Shown here: one piece after another, positions 58,103 through 64,000 of the stretch
Layout: each line of letters starts with the position of its first letter
Numbering within the stretch: the first letter of the stretch is position 1
DNA from: a virus
DNA: 64,000 bases
Direction: 5' to 3' (one strand)
IMG/VR virus record: IMGVR_UViG_3300032308_002010
Location: 129,816 to 193,815 of that record
Translations under genes and position numbers: made by a program
Notes under the pieces: model-generated
What the model was told of the DNA's origin: nothing
The model's input: only the letters and a program-made list of their open reading frames with translations
Database searches by the model: none

Positions 58103-58330
58103 TCACTCGCTTTGACTGTCTCTGTATTCGTCAAAATCATAACCAACGGCGTCGCCTAGTTTTTTCATCTCTTCTCGAAAGGCTTCGTCATTGAGATCCA
58201 TAGCGGTCAGAATTTTGTCTGTTGTCTTAAGGTAATACGTCGACGCTAAGCAGACAAACTCTAACGCCGTGACCAGCTCGCTTTCGATACTACTGATCGG
58301 CTGGCGTGTTTTCTTTTTTTGTTTCGTCAT
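58103..58330 (-). CDS. Hypothetical protein
   Basis: Start moved to MTKQKK. Confidence 0.55.
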   Translation of the reverse strand: MTKQKKKTRQPISSIESELVTALEFVCLASTYYLKTTDKILTAMDLNDEAFREEMKKLGDAVGYDFDEYRDSQSE

Positions 58331-58751
58331 TTTCTTCTTCTTCGTCACTGCGGTAGGGTGTGTATCCGTGCTTTTCTGCCATTGCCGGCGACAATGTGCG
58401 CAGCCAGTGACCTGTTGAACACAGCTGCCCGCGGTCGCCAGTGATCTCGCAGATCTTGTACGACATAGTTTCAGCCACGACGCACACAGCGCGTGTGTAA
58501 TCGTCGCCGCCGTAGTGGTACAGCTGCAGCCCGCCAAACTTTTCTTTGATCTGACTGAACCGAAACTGCGGGGTTTCTGGGCTGTATTCCATGTGATTTT
58601 GAATCACGTGACAGGCTGTGTAGATAAGGTCAAACCAACCATCGTCACACTCGCAGCCAAAACAGATCAGCGTTTCTGTAGGCGGCTTGTCACGATCCCC
58701 GAACAGCTCTGGAAACTTTTCGACTAGTTTATTTTCCAGTTCGTTTCTCAT
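58290..58751 (-). CDS. Conserved phage hypothetical protein
   Basis: EC.DGW..LI, QIKEKFGGL, S..ICE.TG..G....W.RTL. Confidence 0.75.
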   Translation of the reverse strand: MRNELENKLVEKFPELFGDRDKPPTETLICFGCECDDGWFDLIYTACHVIQNHMEYSPETPQFRFSQIKEKFGGLQLYHYGGDDYTRAVCVVAETMSYKICEITGDRGQLCSTGHWLRTLSPAMAEKHGYTPYRSDEEEENDETKKENTPADQ

Positions 58752-59004
58752 TTTTTCCGTCCTTGGGTTGTCGTTTTTTTGTCGGCTTCTCTACCACTCG
58801 TTCAAATTTTCGAAGCAAGTCGGTTATGGCGTCCTGCACGTCAAATGTTTTATTTAACATTTCCATGTCAGGCGCCGGAGTCGTGCTTTCGCCGCACGCC
58901 GCACGATACTCTCGCATCAAGTCGACTTTGTGCGCACCAAGCGCGGCGTTAATAACTCGGAGCGCTTCGTATATCAGCTGTGTTTCTTGCGCTGTGAGCT
59001 TCAT
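58729..59004 (-). CDS. Hypothetical protein
   Basis: 91-aa ORF. Confidence 0.55.
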   Translation of the reverse strand: MKLTAQETQLIYEALRVINAALGAHKVDLMREYRAACGESTTPAPDMEMLNKTFDVQDAITDLLRKFERVVEKPTKKRQPKDGKNEKRTGK

Positions 59005-59005
59005 G

Positions 59006-59542
59006 TTATTCCGTTATTGCGACAACGCGGCGATGACTTTTCTTTTCTGTCAGCGCTACTGGTTCAACGTGCTTGAGCTGCGACCCCGGGATAAGTGCCG
59101 ACATATGCCGCAAGAACGTTTGCTCAAACTCTGCTTTGGTCAGGTCGGGGTATGTGCCCATGCCGCCTTTGTGGTGAACCATTTCGCCGCGGTAGAGCAG
59201 CTTGCCTTCTTTGGTCATGCGGCATCTCCACGCGCACAGACAACCACCCCGGCGATTCCACACCTCAAGCCCGATAATCTTGTCGTTTCTACGGATGTAT
59301 TTGCCGCATTTGGCTACGGGAATTTCTAGCTCTTCTAGATCCTGATCGTAGTGCGGGACAATGATATCTTTGGCGCTCTCCCATACGCCGGGGATGCACG
59401 TGTCCATAAACGCCGCATGCAGTCGCGCAAGCTGGTCGTCTTTTTTCTTTTCTTTTGCTAGTAGCTCGGCGCAAATTTTTCTTTGCGCAGCAACTATTAA
59501 ACCTAAAAGCTCATGGTTTTGTTGTTCCACTTTTATCCTCAA
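59006..59542 (-). CDS. Hypothetical protein
   Basis: 178-aa ORF. Confidence 0.6.
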   Translation of the reverse strand: MRIKVEQQNHELLGLIVAAQRKICAELLAKEKKKDDQLARLHAAFMDTCIPGVWESAKDIIVPHYDQDLEELEIPVAKCGKYIRRNDKIIGLEVWNRRGGCLCAWRCRMTKEGKLLYRGEMVHHKGGMGTYPDLTKAEFEQTFLRHMSALIPGSQLKHVEPVALTEKKSHRRVVAITE

Positions 59543-59780
59543 TGACGTCCCAGCCGATGTGGCCGAATACTAGTTTGGTGGCGCGAAAATCGTCACCGTC
59601 GTCGAATCCGGGTACCACTAGCACGAGGGTTTTGTTTTTCTTGTCGATACGAAATGTCGTGCCGGATCTGGGTATTCCCCACACGGCGTCTTGTGCTGCG
59701 GCTGCCACGAGACTGCGGCACCACGCCAGTACAGACTCAGATGGGTTATCCAGTTCAAAGTTATTGTTGATCGCTACCAT
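59511..59780 (-). CDS. Hypothetical protein
   Basis: 89-aa ORF. Confidence 0.55.
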   Translation of the reverse strand: MVAINNNFELDNPSESVLAWCRSLVAAAAQDAVWGIPRSGTTFRIDKKNKTLVLVVPGFDDGDDFRATKLVFGHIGWDVIEDKSGTTKP

Positions 59781-60291
59781 CGGATTTTTCTGCTCCGGCG
59801 GTCAAGGGTTCAGTCTTAAAGTAATTGTTAGCAGCTGCGGCTCGAATATAGTCTCCAACCAAAAGGTCGTGACCTACTTCGAGCTTGGCAAAATCTAACA
59901 ACAGGTCCGCTGGGTATCGCGTAGCGTGATTTAAAACGTCCGGCCAGCTTGCTGCTTCTTCCGCGTACTTGCGGTCAAACCCTGATTCTTGATACAGCCG
60001 CACTGCAACTTTGTAGTAAAAGTCTTCAGCGCCGGCGCCACTAAACCAAATAGGGCTATCTGGCTTCGGCTCTGCGTCTTCTAAGTCATCACAAAGCTCT
60101 TGGTGTTTTATTTCGGCAAGGTCGAGCAGCGCCTTCGACACGGCCGAGATTACAATTTCAGCCGACGCGATGTTTTCGTCTGTGCAAAAGCTGGAAGCAA
60201 ACGCGCGCAGCGCTGTTTCCCGCAGTGCCTCTACTGACACTAGCTCTTTGTTTGCCATGACGTACCGCAACCGCAAATCTTCTTTGCTCAT
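59761..60291 (-). CDS. Hypothetical protein
   Basis: 176-aa ORF; ATGA overlap. Confidence 0.6.
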   Translation of the reverse strand: MSKEDLRLRYVMANKELVSVEALRETALRAFASSFCTDENIASAEIVISAVSKALLDLAEIKHQELCDDLEDAEPKPDSPIWFSGAGAEDFYYKVAVRLYQESGFDRKYAEEAASWPDVLNHATRYPADLLLDFAKLEVGHDLLVGDYIRAAAANNYFKTEPLTAGAEKSDGSDQQ

Positions 60292-60662
60292 ACAGAGCTC
60301 GTCTCGGGGTTAGGGTCGAGATGCTTGTGCAGCGCTTCTTGGTATACGCGGGCTTGAAAACCGCGGCCTAGCTTGGGCTCATATTCAAGCTTGAAATCTC
60401 GCACCATGCTCTCTAGTGCGTCGAGCCCGTATATCCCGCTCATTTGATTTACAGGCGCCCCGTCTGGTCCGCTGATGGTGTACTTTGGGTCTGCAAAATT
60501 ACTCTCATAAACATTCGTGCAGCGGTCGATTAGTTCCTGCGGCACGCCAACTTCTGCAAATGCCTGTGGATTAAATATGGTGTGGCCGTCGCAGATGTCT
60601 GCGGCAGCTAGCACAATGTGAGCAGGAATATCGGTCCATTTGATTGTGTGGCTGTCAGTCAT
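60288..60662 (-). CDS. Hypothetical protein
   Basis: Start moved to MTDSH (GGAG RBS). Confidence 0.6.
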   Translation of the reverse strand: MTDSHTIKWTDIPAHIVLAAADICDGHTIFNPQAFAEVGVPQELIDRCTNVYESNFADPKYTISGPDGAPVNQMSGIYGLDALESMVRDFKLEYEPKLGRGFQARVYQEALHKHLDPNPETSSV

Positions 60663-60894
60663 CTGCTTGCTCCTCGCATACGTTGTCGTAGTGTTGCTCG
60701 TCGTCGCTGCTGAGCCCGTCGTATTCGGCGATGCAGCAGCCGCACACAAGTCGATTGACCCATCTATGTGCGTCATCTAGCTCGATCTCTTCGCCGCATG
60801 CGGCACACGGGATAATCGTTTCTTCTAGGTAGGCTAGCAATTTTTCTTCGTCCTGCAACGTGGCGTCTTCGACGCTGTCGTGGATGGAGTTCAT
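60655..60894 (-). CDS. Small Zn-finger protein
   Basis: CAAC...CGCC. Confidence 0.6.
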   Translation of the reverse strand: MNSIHDSVEDATLQDEEKLLAYLEETIIPCAACGEEIELDDAHRWVNRLVCGCCIAEYDGLSSDDEQHYDNVCEEQADD

Positions 60895-60909
60895 GGTTGT
60901 TTCCCTAGC

Positions 60910-60941
60910 GCCCGGGCGGTAGTTTTGGCTACCGCCCGGGC
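60910..60941. other. Perfect 13-bp intergenic hairpin without a U-tract on the coding strand
   Basis: GCCCGGGCGGTAG-TTTTGG-CTACCGCCCGGGC. Confidence 0.8.
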
Positions 60942-60960
60942 ATTGGTTTTGGTTTAGATA

Positions 60961-61590
60961 TCAGTCAAGAACGCGAACTACGGTGTTGTCGCGGGCTACG
61001 GTGCGCTGATAGGTGATTCGGTACGTGCCGGGCGGCAGCAACCAATCGCCGTGCTCAGGGTGCGTCACAGTGTTAGGCTTCTCAAGTCGAAAGATCGGGC
61101 CGGCAAACTCCAGCATAGCGGCGGCCTCGTTCGCGTAAACCAGACCGGGTTGCGGACCTTTGCTGTTTTCTTCGCGGCGAGCTTCAAACTCGGATTGCCG
61201 CAGCTTGGCTCGCCAGTCGGCATCAGCCGGCGTTAGGCCGTACTGCTTTGCCAGATGTTGCAGCAGCTCGTCGGTTTCGACACCAACGGGCTGGTACACC
61301 GTTACGCCGTCGCCGCTGGCGAGGCAGTGCCGGCTGCCCTTGGTGTTGCCTTCCGCAAGCTGCATTGGAAAGCTCGGCGTCGCCAGCTTGTAGAAGATAG
61401 GCGCGCTGTCGACATCTGGAACGAGTTGAATGTAAATATCGCCTTGTCGAACTGCGTCGCCAATGCTTGCGGCTTCGGGAAACTGCTGGGGCTGGTCGTT
61501 TTTGATCTGCTCTACGACAGACTGCGCGTTCTTTAGCGCGGTAACAGTCGGGTGCGTGGCTTTGCGGGGGTCAAGAACTGCAGTGCTCAT
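60961..61590 (-). CDS. DUF6745-partner protein (QGD...H...HPEH)
   Basis: RQGDIYI, LAEG...SRHC, VTHPEHG...LPPGTYRI.YQR. Confidence 0.7.
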   Translation of the reverse strand: MSTAVLDPRKATHPTVTALKNAQSVVEQIKNDQPQQFPEAASIGDAVRQGDIYIQLVPDVDSAPIFYKLATPSFPMQLAEGNTKGSRHCLASGDGVTVYQPVGVETDELLQHLAKQYGLTPADADWRAKLRQSEFEARREENSKGPQPGLVYANEAAAMLEFAGPIFRLEKPNTVTHPEHGDWLLPPGTYRITYQRTVARDNTVVRVLD

Positions 61591-61599
61591 GTGAACCTT

Positions 61600-63048
61600 T
61601 CAAGAAGCGCCGACAACGCGAATTGGCGATGCGGCATAGGGAATTGCTGAAACGGAACCGGAGTTGGACATCCAAGCCTGTGCTTCCGCGCACGACAAAA
61701 TGTTACGCGGAACACTCAAGAAATACTGCCGACCCGTAGACCGGCAGAACAACACCATTCGGTTGGGGCCAAGCGTAAAAGAGCCGTTTACTGCCTGCGC
61801 TGCGTTCGGCGGACCAACTAACATCTCGATCGTATTGTCTACAGCGTTTCGCCGCTGATCGAGTATGGGGCAGTCTGCCTCTGCAATAAACTTTTCCCAA
61901 CCAAACTTTTCAATGGCTAGCCGGCGTGTTTCTTCGTTACGGATTTGAAGAATTTGCGACGTGTTTAACGTATGCGGCTCCATGACGATACGCTTGCCGC
62001 CCTCGTCCATCTGGTGTCCGTCGTTAAACCACAGCTTAGCGCCGTCTGCCCACTCGACTGCCGCGCCAGTTGTACTATGTAGATTGTTTTCGTCATTTAA
62101 GCGCAACGTTGGGCGGTCCGCTAAAAGTATGCACGACTTTTGAAACGTGACAAATGCCGTGCAGTGATGAAACACTTCGTGTTCCCACGTCATCTCTGGG
62201 TCGTCAATCTTTAAAATGCGACACAGAATTTCGGCGTCTGGGGCTTTGGGCAGCGCACCCAAAAACACTGAGCGGTCGTCGTCGTCATCGGCTTTTAACA
62301 AATCATTGAGATCAATAGCACGCCGTAAACTGTTGCTAGCGTGAAGCGTAGTGTTGCTGTCCCATATAATTTGATTTGTGATCTCTCGCAGTTTAAGTTC
62401 GGCTTTTTGAATTGTTTGATTGATCGTTCGTCCGTCCCAGCCGCGGGATGTCTGCTCTAAGCCTACAAGGCCGTAGTGGTCGTACAGCATTGATCGGATT
62501 GTCTGCGGGACCAGCATCGTGTCGTTGCACCGATACGATATTTCAAGTAACGCTTTTGGATCGCCAAACGCGCGACCAGCCCACCAACGGCGGCTTAGGC
62601 CGATAGTTCCGGCGGCGCTATGTTCGCGGGGTAAATATTCTTCGTGGATGGCGCGCAACCACGTACGAATAAATTCGTTTCTGTTGGCGTGCCACCAGCG
62701 GTTAGAGTCAGAGTTCCACTTAGCGAGGTTGTCTTTGCGCAGCGCTGCCACAAAACCGCTGTCAATGTCCAGCATTTTACAGAGTTCAACAGCCGTTTTC
62801 TTATTCATGCGGCCGCGAGCTACGGTTGCCGCAATTGCCAACGCAGCCGGTGATTTAACGATGTGAAACGTTACGTCTTGGTTTTTGTTACGGTCGCTGC
62901 GCACCGCGCCAATGCCGTTTTTGTATCCAGCGCGTAGGCATTCTTTTGCCTTTTCAATATTGGGCGTACCCGCGGTAAGGGTTTGCACCCATCGCTCTAA
63001 AGTATTACGAACAATCGTGCGATGTGTTTTCGAAAGTTTGGATTTCAT
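61600..63048 (-). CDS. DUF6745-domain protein
   Basis: LHSTTGAAVEWADG..LWF.DG, I..I.N.E.RR.AIE.FGW, C.STGR.Y.L.VP...C.EA.AW. Confidence 0.8.
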   Translation of the reverse strand: MKSKLSKTHRTIVRNTLERWVQTLTAGTPNIEKAKECLRAGYKNGIGAVRSDRNKNQDVTFHIVKSPAALAIAATVARGRMNKKTAVELCKMLDIDSGFVAALRKDNLAKWNSDSNRWWHANRNEFIRTWLRAIHEEYLPREHSAAGTIGLSRRWWAGRAFGDPKALLEISYRCNDTMLVPQTIRSMLYDHYGLVGLEQTSRGWDGRTINQTIQKAELKLREITNQIIWDSNTTLHASNSLRRAIDLNDLLKADDDDDRSVFLGALPKAPDAEILCRILKIDDPEMTWEHEVFHHCTAFVTFQKSCILLADRPTLRLNDENNLHSTTGAAVEWADGAKLWFNDGHQMDEGGKRIVMEPHTLNTSQILQIRNEETRRLAIEKFGWEKFIAEADCPILDQRRNAVDNTIEMLVGPPNAAQAVNGSFTLGPNRMVLFCRSTGRQYFLSVPRNILSCAEAQAWMSNSGSVSAIPYAASPIRVVGAS

Positions 63049-63049
63049 G

Positions 63050-63505
63050 TTAGGCGGTTACAGGAACGATTGGATCTACAAAGCCACACTCCAGCATGTC
63101 GCTATTGATAACAATTTCAAACGTCTCAAACTGTTCGCAGGCTTCTTCCCAGCTTCTAGGAAGACGAATAACTTCTGCAAAATCGTCGCCACCGACTATC
63201 TCGCGACTATTGTCGTACCAGTCTTCGTCGTCATGCGGATTGCAGTGCTGTGCGTATACAACATGGGATCCGCTTTGAACGGCATCCATGTCGCGGGGAA
63301 TACCGTTGCTCATCAGATACACGCCGCGATCATGAACAAACAGTAGCCCGGGGCCAACTGGTGTGCGCTCGGCCGGAGGGGTGAGTCCGAGTGACGCAAA
63401 TTCGTCATCAGTCATATTTTCGTGCCCCATGTCAAAATCACTGGAGCTGAGCGCGTGCGTTATAAGGCGTTTTAAATCAGCTGCTTTGAACCTGCAGGTC
63501 GGCAT
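63050..63505 (-). CDS. DUF3085-family protein
   Basis: LFVHDRGVYLMSNG, VYA..CNP..D..WYD..R..VGGDDFAE. Confidence 0.85.
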   Translation of the reverse strand: MPTCRFKAADLKRLITHALSSSDFDMGHENMTDDEFASLGLTPPAERTPVGPGLLFVHDRGVYLMSNGIPRDMDAVQSGSHVVYAQHCNPHDDEDWYDNSREIVGGDDFAEVIRLPRSWEEACEQFETFEIVINSDMLECGFVDPIVPVTA

Positions 63506-63854
63506 TTGTCAGCTCTTTTTCTAAGTTTTTACCGCGCCCAAACATCCACGAGTGCTCTGGTTTAATACACTCAAACCAGTCAGCCATTGTGGGTATACGT
63601 CCGAGATCTTCATTAACGTGCTGCTCGCCGACGTAGCGCACTGGAACAACGCGGCCGGCGCTATTTGTGATCGTCTTACCGAAGATTTTTTCTGATAAGA
63701 AAATCCCTTCGGAGTGGTGTCGCAGCGCACGATGCCGAAAATCCGCCATGTGCGCCTTAGACTCATCAAACCAGTCGTGGATCGGCTGGTAGTCTTCTAC
63801 GCAGCCGCCCCACTTTTGCACTGACGACAGCGCGTGGTGGTACGGATGTGCCAT
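63477..63854 (-). CDS. DUF6915-family protein
   Basis: HPYHHA.SS..KWGG..EDY..IHDWFD.SK....RHRALRHH..G, EQHV.EDLG.IP...DW. Confidence 0.85.
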   Translation of the reverse strand: MAHPYHHALSSVQKWGGCVEDYQPIHDWFDESKAHMADFRHRALRHHSEGIFLSEKIFGKTITNSAGRVVPVRYVGEQHVNEDLGRIPTMADWFECIKPEHSWMFGRGKNLEKELTNADLQVQSS

Positions 63855-64000
63855 TAGTCTCCCGTGTACAAGTCGAGCACGGAGGTCAGATCACTGTGCG
63901 TAGCTGACCAATCCATTTTGTCTTCGACTATTTCAGACGAACGTTCCCAGTCGGCGTCGTCTTGTCGGACAAACATGTCAGCGCTCCACCAAGCCAGAAT
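63854..64000 (-). CDS. Hypothetical protein (5' part outside the window)
   Basis: Open frame ILAWWSADMFVRQDD...LYTGD*; TAATG coupling to DUF6915. Confidence 0.5.
   Translation of the reverse strand: MLAWWSADMFVRQDDADWERSSEIVEDKMDWSATHSDLTSVLDLYTGD

Noticed and set aside
1-64000. Alternative genetic code (stop-codon reassignment), as in some large phages
   Set aside because: Core genes translate full length in code 11, TAG/TGA/TAA all act as stops at tight gene junctions, and the tRNA is a normal Gln(TTG), not a suppressor.
1-64000. CRISPR array accompanying the RAMP-like gene
   Set aside because: I saw no repeat-spacer array in any intergenic gap, and no cas1/cas2/cas5/cas6.

Overview
This window is a segment of a large tailed dsDNA phage genome. 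Nearly all genes are on the minus strand, and I see no integrase or host housekeeping operon. The host may be a Gram-negative PVC-superphylum bacterium, inferred from autotransporter-associated repeats and Kdo-transferase-like genes. Left to right it contains: (1) a tail-fibre/collagen cluster (1-13.4 kb), interrupted by the only two convincing plus-strand genes, a tandem KpsC/KpsS-like glycosyltransferase pair; (2) thymidylate kinase, a degenerate alarmone-hydrolase-like HD protein, a GT4 and a probable portal (14.5-19.2 kb); (3) hypotheticals with a RuvC-like resolvase, a GT-A glycosyltransferase, and DUF1016_N- and DUF932-like proteins; (4) a recombination-dependent replication module of RecA, a gp32-like SSB, a UDG-PolA fusion, primase, DnaB, an SF2 helicase and SbcCD (31-47 kb); (5) tRNA-Gln(TTG), with a GIY-YIG gene bracketed by a 23-bp duplication of the tRNA 3' end; and (6) an accessory region with an HTH-deoxyhypusine-synthase-like fusion, a HUH-dead Rep-like protein, MazG, SEC-C, DUF6745 and its partner, DUF3085 and DUF6915. 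The best candidate for an undescribed system lies between SbcC and the SF2 helicase. Two tightly packed genes there appear to encode a catalytically dead IS110/Tas-like RuvC+Nop protein and a minimal RAMP (Cas7-like) protein, both folds known to bind guide RNAs. I found no CRISPR or TIGR array in the window. All family assignments come from motifs recognised by eye and have not been checked by database search.
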